Below are positions 1 to 6,957 of a DNA stretch of 64,000 bases, piece after piece. Source of the stretch: an uncultured Nitrospiraceae bacterium (GTDB lineage: Bacteria; Nitrospirota; Thermodesulfovibrionia; Thermodesulfovibrionales; SM23-35). Below the pieces are notes generated by a model. It did not search any database and was not told where the DNA came from. It worked only from the letters and a program-made list of their open reading frames with translations. The DNA is taken from assembly GCA_937138415.1 (NCBI GenBank), contig CAKZPA010000036.1, forward strand, positions 42,042 through 106,041, read 5' to 3'. A program made the translations under genes and the position numbers. Within the stretch, counting starts at the first letter, position 1, and each line of letters starts with the position of its first letter.

Positions 1-1
1 A

Positions 2-256
2 AAACGGGCTGAGAAGAGGTTGCAGGTCAACTTGCCGGTGACGTACTCTTTCGTTGTCGGCAACGACACGATCACGGGGAACAGTTCGACGACCAATCTC
101 AGCGACTCCGGTCTCTGCTTCTACGCGGACATGCCGTTAAAGATGGGACTCCGCCTGCGCATTCTCCTCAACGATATCTGGGACGATTCGAAGGAATGCC
201 AAGTGCGCTGGTGCATCAAACAGCACAATCAGTACCGGATAGGGGTCGCCTTTTAA
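2..256 (+). CDS. PilZ-domain protein (c-di-GMP receptor type); 5' end probably outside window
   Basis: Frame is open from nt 2. RAEKR (RxxxR) at the window edge is followed ~25 aa later by NLSDSG (D/NxSxxG); these are the two PilZ signature motifs. The track ORF 20..256 begins at an internal TTG. Confidence 0.7.
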   Translation, partial: KRAEKRLQVNLPVTYSFVVGNDTITGNSSTTNLSDSGLCFYADMPLKMGLRLRILLNDIWDDSKECQVRWCIKQHNQYRIGVAF

Positions 257-350
257 ACCAGTCACGAGTCCGAAGCGAAGAGTCAGAAGTTCAGCGATTT
301 CTTTCCCCCGTCACCGTTTCCATGCCGCCTGATTTATAATACGTTCCACA

Positions 351-1061
351 ATGACTTCCATCGTGATCGCCGCCTATAACGAGGAGAAAAGGCTCGTCCC
401 CTCTCTGTACGCCATCCGCGATTATTTCACCGCACGAAAGAAAGACTACGAACTCATTGTCGTCGATGACGGGAGCACGGACAACACGCGGAAGATCGCC
501 GAGGAGCAGATCCCTGTCATTCCGCACCTGCGGGTGATCGGGTACGGCGCGAACATGGGAAAGGGATACGCGTTGCGGACCGGCGTGCTCGATTCCCGGG
601 GGGATTTCGTCCTCCTCACGGACGCGGACCTCTCGACGCCCATCGAGGAAGTCTCCAAACTGGAGCAGGCGGTTCACGACGGTCCGTGCGATATCGCCAT
701 CGGCTCGCGGGCGCTCGCCCTCAGCCGGATCCTCAAGAAACAGCCCTGGTGGCGGCAGAGCATGGGAAAACTCTTCAACAGGATCGTCAAGGCGCTCGTC
801 ATGGGCGGCTTCGAGGACACCCAATGCGGATTCAAGTTCTTTACCGGCGCGAGCGCGCGGTGCCTCTTCGGGGAGGCGCGGGTGAACCGTTTCGCGTTCG
901 ATGTCGAGATTCTGGCACTCGCGAGAAAAAAGGGGTACCGCGTCAGGGAAGTGCCCATCGTGTGGATCAACTCGCCGGAGTCGAAGGTGGACCCGTTGAA
1001 GGATTCCGTGCAGATGGTCTTCGATCTCCTGAAAATCAGATCCCGGTTAGGGAAGGTATAA
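351..1061 (+). CDS. Family 2 glycosyltransferase, polyprenyl/dolichyl-phosphate glucosyltransferase-like
   Basis: IVIAAYNEEKRL, ELIVVDDGSTDNT and LTDADLSTP are typical GT2 (GT-A fold, DxD) motifs. Size of 236 aa fits. Confidence 0.85.
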   Translation: MTSIVIAAYNEEKRLVPSLYAIRDYFTARKKDYELIVVDDGSTDNTRKIAEEQIPVIPHLRVIGYGANMGKGYALRTGVLDSRGDFVLLTDADLSTPIEEVSKLEQAVHDGPCDIAIGSRALALSRILKKQPWWRQSMGKLFNRIVKALVMGGFEDTQCGFKFFTGASARCLFGEARVNRFAFDVEILALARKKGYRVREVPIVWINSPESKVDPLKDSVQMVFDLLKIRSRLGKV

Positions 1062-1092
1062 TAGAGCATTGGAAAAGGCGAGGGGGAAACCG

Positions 1093-1902
1093 ATGACAAG
1101 TATGATATCGCGCCATCGCGCGAAGATATCTCGCGCAGCGAGCCTCGTGCTCCTCCGGGCGCTCGTCGCCGCGCTCTGCGTGTGCGTCTGGAATTCTCCT
1201 GCCCGTGCGGCGGGGGAAACGCTCCGCGTCCTCAACGATACCGCCGTAGGCCTGTACGAACAGGGACAGTACGAGAGCGCGGCCGAGTTAGCCGAGCGGG
1301 CCGTCAGAGTCGCGGAAGAGATGTTCGGCCCGTCCGATCCGCAGATCATCACGTTCCTGAACAATCTCGCGGTGATCTACTACGCGCAAGGAAGATATGC
1401 CGAGGCAGTCGCACAGTACGAACGCGCCATCGCGATAGCGGAAGCGGCTCTTGGAATTTACCATCCTCGGGTACAATCGCTGCGTGAAAGCCTCGACCAG
1501 TGCCGGCAGAACCTCCAGCGGGACGGTGCGCCGCGGGAAAAAGCACGGGGGGAGGCACCCGCGGCAAAACCACCGACCGTGCAGATGCCGGTCGAAGAAA
1601 AAACCGAGCCGGCAAGCGTCGCGACCGTGACCTCGGAACAGCCATCGAAGACCGGCGAAAACCACCTGACCCTTTTTACGGTTCAGGTTGGCGCGTTCAA
1701 GGACCTCCGCAACGCGAGAAGCCTCGAAGCAAAACTGGCGCAGAACGGTTACGACGCAGGAATCGTTTCTGTGACGACCGCGACGGGAGAAACGCTCCAC
1801 AAGGTTCGCGTTGGCGCATTCGGGAAACGCGCGAAGGCGGAGGACTTAGCGCGCGAACTGAGAGCGCTCCTCGGCCTCGGGACATTCATCACGGTGAAGT
1901 AA
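1093..1902 (+). CDS. Membrane-anchored TPR + SPOR domain protein (peptidoglycan/septum binding)
   Basis: In-frame ATG at 1093 follows GGGGGA. Hydrophobic N-terminal anchor, TPR-like LNNLAVIYYAQGRYAEAVAQYERAI, Pro/Glu linker, and a C-terminal SPOR-like FTVQVGAFKDLRNARSLEAKL...HKVRVGAFGKRAKAEDLAREL. Confidence 0.8.
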   Translation: MTSMISRHRAKISRAASLVLLRALVAALCVCVWNSPARAAGETLRVLNDTAVGLYEQGQYESAAELAERAVRVAEEMFGPSDPQIITFLNNLAVIYYAQGRYAEAVAQYERAIAIAEAALGIYHPRVQSLRESLDQCRQNLQRDGAPREKARGEAPAAKPPTVQMPVEEKTEPASVATVTSEQPSKTGENHLTLFTVQVGAFKDLRNARSLEAKLAQNGYDAGIVSVTTATGETLHKVRVGAFGKRAKAEDLARELRALLGLGTFITVK

Positions 1903-1981
1903 GCGAAAACGCTCGGCCCACAAGGGCGAGAGACAGACTTTGCTCGTTCTTTGCCATGGGAAAGGCTTTCCATCTCCGGTC

Positions 1982-2015
1982 ATTGCGAGCCCCGCTGTAA
2001 GCGGGGCGTGGCAAT
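1982..2015. other. Extended GC hairpin downstream of the SPOR gene (REP-like or terminator-like, no U-tract)
   Basis: ATTGC-ga-GCCCCGC-tgtaa-GCGGGGC-gtg-GCAAT gives nested perfect arms at 1982-1986/2011-2015 and 1989-1995/2001-2007. Confidence 0.35.
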
Positions 2016-2056
2016 CTCGTCGTTAAAAAAGACTTTCGATTTTTTACTCTCACCCC

Positions 2057-2084
2057 TTGACACTCACCATGCAATTCGTATCAT
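2057..2084 (+). promoter_or_regulatory. Sigma70-like promoter candidate
   Basis: TTGACA (2057-2062), 16-nt spacer, TATCAT (2079-2084), in a 390-bp intergenic region upstream of the 2292 ORF. Confidence 0.4.
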
Positions 2085-2111
2085 ATGAGGTATCATCGCC
2101 TGTACGGGCAT

Positions 2112-2220
2112 TTCGGGGAACGGCCTCTGCGCCAAAAGAAATCTCGCGCCGCTCTTCGGAGGAAGAGGTAAAGATTAAGAGGCCTTACATCTAAGGCAAC
2201 CGCGCACGTCGTTCCCCGAA
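2112..2220 (+). promoter_or_regulatory. Candidate structured 5' leader / cis-regulatory RNA, class unknown
   Basis: An 11-bp perfect closing stem TTCGGGGAACG (2112-2122) / CGTTCCCCGAA (2210-2220) encloses GCCTC/GAGGC (2123-2127/2179-2183) and the hairpin CTCTTC-ggag-GAAGAG (2152-2167). It lies between the promoter candidate and the ATG at 2292. Confidence 0.35.
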
Positions 2221-2291
2221 CATCGAGTATCGAGGAGCGTTATTGGCGATCATGCTATTTCGGACGGGCGACACTCGCTGAAGGAACGACC

Positions 2292-2759
2292 ATGCACACC
2301 TTTTCCGAGGAGAAACGCACTCTTCCCGACAGACGGCTCAAACCGACACCACTCTTCAGCAGGTACACCCTCATGGGGGGGCGCCGGAGAACCATCAGGC
2401 GAGACCGTGACAGGAAAAGACATCTCTTCGTGGATATCTACGACACCCGCCTCTTCATCGTCCTCGTCCTCCTCCTCGTCATGAACGTGCTCGACGGTTT
2501 CCTGACCCTTCTCTTGATCAGAGAAAATATCATCGTCGAAGCGAATCCTCTCATGGCGTACTGTCTCGACTACGGCCACATGCCCTTCTTCTGGGTGAAA
2601 TACTCACTCATGGCGGTTTCGCTCGTCATTTTCTGCGTACTGAAAAACGTGAGGTTTTCGCGGGTCGCGCTGACGGGATCCTTCATCACATACGCATCCG
2701 TGCTCGTCTATGAGCTCTGCCTCGTTTACGCGCACCATCCGCAACTCTTTCCCGACTGA
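2292..2759 (+). CDS. DUF5658-like membrane protein with an Arg-rich N-terminal tail
   Basis: GAAGGAA SD before the ATG. Basic N-terminus DRRLKPTPLFSRYTLMGGRRRTIRRDRDRKRH, then 3-4 TM helices with LNVLDGFLTLLLI...EANPLM. The family name is from memory. Confidence 0.6.
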   Translation: MHTFSEEKRTLPDRRLKPTPLFSRYTLMGGRRRTIRRDRDRKRHLFVDIYDTRLFIVLVLLLVMNVLDGFLTLLLIRENIIVEANPLMAYCLDYGHMPFFWVKYSLMAVSLVIFCVLKNVRFSRVALTGSFITYASVLVYELCLVYAHHPQLFPD

Positions 2760-2954
2760 TGTCCCGCCGCCCGTCGCGATCGGGCGTCACCCGCATTCTC
2801 CCTACGCGAGTAGGATTGCCGTCGACGGATACGCCAGGGATAATAGCCCCATGACCGGGCGGAAGACAGCGTCGCACGAACGAATCGCGGCACTCCGCGA
2901 TGTCGCACTGGGTTCCGGCCGCGCGTCGAGACACATTTCCGAGGAGGAAGAACG

Positions 2955-4190
2955 ATGGACGCATTGAGCGAGCATATGACGGCCGTTTTGGAGGACGCGC
3001 AAGGAGCGACCAATCGAGCGGAACGAACCGCGCGACAGGGCGAGATCGAGAAAAGGAAACACAGACGACTGAGGGTCGAGCACCTCGCTGTGCACGGCGA
3101 GGTGCCGCTCGCGAGCAAGGTGAGCGTCATCAACGTATCCGCGAGCGGCGTTCTCCTCAAGGCGAACAGAAGACTCAATATCGGCAACACCTACCTCTTG
3201 AAGATAAGCTATAAAGATACGTTCCTGCTCGCGAGAGCTGTCGTCAAATGGTCGTTCCTCGTCGAAAATGTGGAAGACGCGAAAGGTAATTTTGTTCCCT
3301 TCTACATGGCGGGCATGGAATTTAAAGAGGTGACCTCGGGGAAACCGGAGGGGATGATGCGGACGATCGCGCGCGACGTCGGAGCGGTTGCCTGTGACAC
3401 CGGTGCGGGAGATCCCCGTGCGGCGGAATCCGGCGGAGGCAGATACGACGAAGCGGATATTGCCACAGAGGCAGGCAGCCCTGCGATGCCGGACGTTCCT
3501 CAGCGAGAGCCCGACGCGGAGGCCCCCGAGCACTTCATCGAGATGATAGAGCGCACGTACGCTCTCTGCGTCGAAAACAGGATGAGCTGCTTCGAACTCC
3601 TCGACGTGGAGCCGACGACCGACATCGAGGCGATCACGAAAGCGTACCACCGGAAGGTGAGAGAGATCCACCCGGATAGACACGCCTCGCTACCGCCGGA
3701 CCTGAAAGCAAAACTCAATGTCGTCTTCGCATACCTGAATGAGGCGCACGAGGCATTTCTGCGGGGAGGCGGTCGGGATGCCTTCCCGGGAAGACTGTCC
3801 ATGCTGCAAGCTCCGCCGAGGGAGCAGGGAGAGATCGCGAGGGAGTATTTCGAGCAGGCCAAGATCGAATTCTGGAACGGTCGCTACGAAGACGCGGAAG
3901 CGCTCATGCAGCACGCTATCTACCTGCACGACAGTTCCGCCAAGTACTACTACTATTACGCGAAGACCCTCTTGAAACTGGGTAAGCTTCGGGAGGCGGA
4001 GAGAGCGATCAGGAAAGCGCTCACCCTCGAGTCCTCGAACTCCGATTATCTCACGGAAGCGGGATACATTTACCACGCCCTGGGATTATCGCACAGAGCC
4101 GAACAGACCCTCGAAATCGCGCTCGGTCTCGAACCGACGCACGCGAAGGCACGGAGGGCGATGGAAGAACTTCGCGCCAGCCGCCGGTAA
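2955..4190 (+). CDS. PilZ / J-domain (DnaJ-like, HPD) / TPR fusion protein
   Basis: GAGGAGG SD. PilZ motifs RKHRR and NVSASG ~20 aa apart. J domain FELLDVEPTTDIEAITKAYHRKVREIHPDRH. C-terminal TPR repeats (YYYYAKTLLKLGKLREAERAIRKALTLE...). Confidence 0.8.
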   Translation: MDALSEHMTAVLEDAQGATNRAERTARQGEIEKRKHRRLRVEHLAVHGEVPLASKVSVINVSASGVLLKANRRLNIGNTYLLKISYKDTFLLARAVVKWSFLVENVEDAKGNFVPFYMAGMEFKEVTSGKPEGMMRTIARDVGAVACDTGAGDPRAAESGGGRYDEADIATEAGSPAMPDVPQREPDAEAPEHFIEMIERTYALCVENRMSCFELLDVEPTTDIEAITKAYHRKVREIHPDRHASLPPDLKAKLNVVFAYLNEAHEAFLRGGGRDAFPGRLSMLQAPPREQGEIAREYFEQAKIEFWNGRYEDAEALMQHAIYLHDSSAKYYYYYAKTLLKLGKLREAERAIRKALTLESSNSDYLTEAGYIYHALGLSHRAEQTLEIALGLEPTHAKARRAMEELRASRR

Positions 4191-4267
4191 TGCGCGGGCA
4201 TAGGGCCCGTGAAGGACAGCGGCGAGCAGGGCACTCGGATCGCGAAGAGAAGGGCATAGAACAAGAT

Positions 4268-4480
4268 ATGTCTCTGTCAGCCGCCATAACGTCTGTCGTC
4301 ATCTTCTTTCAGAAAAACCTGATCGCGGCGGTCGCCCTCACTGTCGTCGCCCTCTACCTGCTCTTCAGGAAACCGCGTTTGCTCCTCCTTATCCTCTTCA
4401 TCGTTTGCCTCCTCATGGTGATTTTCTACCTGGGCGGCTATTTGACATCGTCCCGCAAACTCCCCATCCATTCCCTGTAA
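4268..4480 (+). CDS. Small two-TM membrane protein (hypothetical)
   Basis: The internal ATG at 4268 of track ORF 4190..4480 gives MSLSAAITSVVIFF...LLLLILFIVCLLMVIFYLGG. The upstream part of the ORF is Arg/Gly-rich and looks non-coding. Confidence 0.4.
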   Translation: MSLSAAITSVVIFFQKNLIAAVALTVVALYLLFRKPRLLLLILFIVCLLMVIFYLGGYLTSSRKLPIHSL

Positions 4481-4551
4481 ACGACAGCGATTCCCCGATA
4501 TCCGGACATGACAGGCCGGGGCAGGGATCGTGATCGCGTCAGAGTTCGCCT

Positions 4552-5877
4552 TTACGACGTCTCCATATTCCGCAGCAGGCTGCTTCTCTTCGGGTGCCGC
4601 AATTTTCTCATCGCGTTGACTTCGATCTGACGAACGCGTTCACGCGTGAGGGACAGCGACCGTCCGACTTCCTCGAGCGTGTAGGTCCGGCTCATGCCGA
4701 TGCCGAACCTCATGCGGATGACTTTCTCCTCCCTTGGCGTGAGCGTCCTCAGGATCCGGAGCACATGGGCCGACATCATCTCGCGTTCCACGCGGTGGTA
4801 CGGAGACAGACGCGCGTCGTCGCCGATGAAATCCTCGAGCGTGGCGTCGTCTTCGCCGACCGGCGTCTGGAGCGCGAGCGGATCCTGAACGAGCGAGAGC
4901 ACCTCCTCGATCTTCCGGACCGATACGCCGAGGCGCGACGCGATCTCGGTTGTCGTCGGCTCCCTCCCGAGGACGGACACCAATCCGTTCGCGACCTTCA
5001 TGATTTTGTGGTAATACTCCAGCAGATGGACGGGGAGCCGAATCATTTTGGTCTGCTCTATGAGCGCCCGCAGCGCCGCCTGCCGTATCCACCACGTCGC
5101 GTATGTGCTGAATTTGAAGCCCTTCCGGTAGTCGAAGCGGTCGATCGCCCTCATCAGCCCTATGTTGCCCTCCTGGATGAGGTCGAGGAGCGGAAGTCCC
5201 CGCCCCGCGTACTGTTTGACGACGTAGATCACGAGACGAAGATTGTGCGTGACGAGAATATTCTTGGCGTTCAGCATGACATCCCGCATCTCCGCGACTT
5301 TCGCGTACTCCCGCATGAACGTTTCCCGCGGCATCTCCCCCGCAGAGGCTCCCCTCTCGAAAGGGAATGCGTCCGCTTCGATCTCCGCTGCCATGGCGTC
5401 CAGTACCTTGAGGCTCTCCCGGAGAATCCTCTCGCCGTTCTCCGCGTCGGGTTCCGCATCGTTCTCTCTCCCGCGGCGCCGCGTTCTGAGGGATGCCTCG
5501 ATTTTCCCGTAGAACGGCATCGCCTTTATCGTCGCGCTCAGCAGCTCTCTGGCCCGCGCGAGAATCCGCGCGACCGCTCGCTCCTCCTCGCGCGTGAGAA
5601 CCGCGATATCGCCCATCGAGTGGAAGTATGCCTGCAAAAGCTCCTCGCCACCGAGCCCTCCCTGCCCGTGCTCATCGCGCGATTCGGCATCGGTCTCGCC
5701 CTGCTCCGCGCTGACGGGGAGTTCATCTTCGCCCGTGAAACCGACGAGCATGCCGCGCCCGCCCATGGAGAAGGATGGGCTTGCCACGCCATACAAATCG
5801 GCGGGATACGCGCACTCCCGTTCCTCCGCCGACCTGATGATGTCATCGAAAATGCTTCTCCCGTCTCTGATGGGCAT
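4552..5877 (-). CDS. RpoD-family (group 2-like) alternative sigma-70 factor
   Basis: Region 2 DLIQEGNIGLMRAIDRFDYRKGFKFSTYATWWIRQA, region 3, and region 4 TLEEVGRSLSLTRERVRQIE. No region 1.1, and it diverges from housekeeping RpoD after region 2.4. ATG at 5877 is preceded by AGGAG (5882-5886). Confidence 0.9.
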   Translation of the reverse strand: MPIRDGRSIFDDIIRSAEERECAYPADLYGVASPSFSMGGRGMLVGFTGEDELPVSAEQGETDAESRDEHGQGGLGGEELLQAYFHSMGDIAVLTREEERAVARILARARELLSATIKAMPFYGKIEASLRTRRRGRENDAEPDAENGERILRESLKVLDAMAAEIEADAFPFERGASAGEMPRETFMREYAKVAEMRDVMLNAKNILVTHNLRLVIYVVKQYAGRGLPLLDLIQEGNIGLMRAIDRFDYRKGFKFSTYATWWIRQAALRALIEQTKMIRLPVHLLEYYHKIMKVANGLVSVLGREPTTTEIASRLGVSVRKIEEVLSLVQDPLALQTPVGEDDATLEDFIGDDARLSPYHRVEREMMSAHVLRILRTLTPREEKVIRMRFGIGMSRTYTLEEVGRSLSLTRERVRQIEVNAMRKLRHPKRSSLLRNMETS

Positions 5878-5885
5878 GACACTCC

Positions 5886-6107
5886 TCACGGGCAGCACTC
5901 CTCCGCCGTCACCGTTTCAACGCGTCGGCTGCTTCCCTGATTCCGGTCTTGCAGAGGACGCAGACCCCCTCTTTTTGGTGTGTGCTCATGCCGCAGATCG
6001 CGCACTTCCTCGCCCTTCCCTTTTTTGGAACGGGTCTCGGCCAAAGCGCGTTCCTCCGTTTTCTCGAGAATCTCGTTTTCCGTCAATTCGATGCTTTCTA
6101 CCGCCAT
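5886..6107 (-). CDS. Small ORF whose C-terminal zinc ribbon lies in the +1 frame (frame-split at an A6 run)
   Basis: ATG at 6107 follows GAGGTGG. After the A6 run (6021-6026) the annotated frame turns into low-complexity text. The +1 frame instead reads RARKCAICGMSTHQKEGVCVLCKTGIREAADALKR and stops at 5909-5911, with CxxC at 6004-5993 and 5962-5951. Confidence 0.45.
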   Translation of the reverse strand: MAVESIELTENEILEKTEERALAETRSKKGKGEEVRDLRHEHTPKRGGLRPLQDRNQGSSRRVETVTAEECCP

Positions 6108-6145
6108 GGTACCACCTCACGTAACGCACGAGGCCCGACCCGCCG

Positions 6146-6502
6146 TCACCCTCGCGCGGCCAGAACCTCGATGACTTTTTCCATTTCCGTCGATTTGTCG
6201 AAAAAGAAATCCGCTCCCGCGTCCATGCACTTCCTCCGATACTGGGGATAGGGAAAGCTCGTCAGCACGATGACGATCGGCGCGCGATCCCTCTTTTCGA
6301 TCGCCTGCAAGACGTCCAGTCCGGTGCCGTCGGGCATCCGCATGTCGAGGATAATGACGTCCGCCGCGGATTCCCTCACGCACTCGATCGCCTGCCGAAC
6401 ATTTTCCGCTTCACGGATCATATCGACCGCCTTCACCTCTGCGAGGAGCATCTTCACGCGTTCGCGAAGCTCGCTGGAGTCGTCCGCGATGAGAACCTTC
6501 AT
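6146..6502 (-). CDS. Single-domain CheY-like response regulator
   Basis: MKVLIADDSSELRE..., phospho-acceptor context IILDMRMPDGTG, VLTS and FFDKS. Start is the internal ATG at 6502 of track ORF 6146..6673. Confidence 0.9.
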   Translation of the reverse strand: MKVLIADDSSELRERVKMLLAEVKAVDMIREAENVRQAIECVRESAADVIILDMRMPDGTGLDVLQAIEKRDRAPIVIVLTSFPYPQYRRKCMDAGADFFFDKSTEMEKVIEVLAARG

Positions 6503-6735
6503 TGCCCGCCTCCGCGCAGCCCCGCTCTTCGCTTCTCCACGATTGATCGAACCTTCGTATCCATGATGCTGATTCATTCTTGCAGATTCGGAAGACGGGT
6601 GGTATCGGCGGCCGGCCTTTTTTTCTGTAAGAGTGAGACGATTTATTCTGTCGGTGTCCGTCCTACGCGTCACGCGCGCGTCGTGGAAGAAGGGAGGGAA
6701 AAGGATGGCATGCCGCGGGTGGCATTACATTGTAA

Positions 6736-6815
6736 CCCTCTTAATTCATAAATTTCGGGCGATAGCGAGAGGACAGAGTGTTCGAGCGGGTTTATTGTGC
6801 CGATATTCGAACACT
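6736..6815. repeat. Bipartite palindromic intergenic element, copy 1 (module A degenerate, module B intact)
   Basis: GGACAGAGTGTTCGAGCGGGTTTATTGTGCCGATATTCGAACACT closely matches 29415-29457. AGTGTTCGA/TCGAACACT form a 9-bp inverted repeat around a 21-nt loop. Confidence 0.5.
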
Positions 6816-6957
6816 GTGCATTCGATGACAATGAGGCAAAATCGCCTCGCAGGCACTCCGATCTCCATCGGTGGGCCGAGAATGAGCGTGAATACTATGT
6901 CCTGTCTCTTGAAGGTATGATTAATCTGGGTTTAGTCGTCGCGAAACGCGACGCGCC

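Noticed and set aside
2112-2220. Idea that the structured leader is a c-di-GMP-I (GEMM) riboswitch because of the flanking PilZ genes.
   Set aside because: I cannot find the paired-hairpin, GNRA-tetraloop/receptor and conserved GCAAA-type features that I remember for GEMM. It is kept only as an unclassified structured leader.
4594-5940. 448-aa plus-strand ORF mirroring the sigma factor gene. Similar long antisense ORFs occur at 12625..13812, 19971..21800, 31105..33336, 40068..41474, 43711..45129, 51208..53286 and 57777..59300.
   Set aside because: Each lies exactly opposite a gene with unmistakable family motifs. Their translations are Arg/Gly/Pro/Asp-rich low-complexity text typical of stop-codon-poor antisense frames in GC-rich DNA.
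5886-5990. C-terminal 39 aa of the track ORF 5886..6107 (VRDLRHEHTPKRGGLRPLQDRNQGSSRRVETVTAEECCP) as genuine protein sequence.
   Set aside because: It is low-complexity text and overlaps the sigma gene's SD and start region. The +1 frame over the same DNA encodes an orderly CxxC...CxxC ribbon.
6617-6632. GGCCGGCC followed by T7 on the plus strand as a terminator.
   Set aside because: The stem is at most 3 bp once a loop is allowed, and there is no plus-strand gene upstream to terminate.
6706-6735. Two TGGCAT motifs (6706-6711, 6720-6725) resembling the -24 element of a sigma-54 promoter.
   Set aside because: No GC dinucleotide lies at the required GG-N10-GC spacing (the downstream text is TACATTGTAA), and no enhancer-binding protein gene is nearby.
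6788-6812. Sigma-54-like GGCA...GC on the minus strand of repeat module B.
   Set aside because: The GG-to-GC spacing is one nucleotide off in copy 2, and the GC is not conserved in copy 1.
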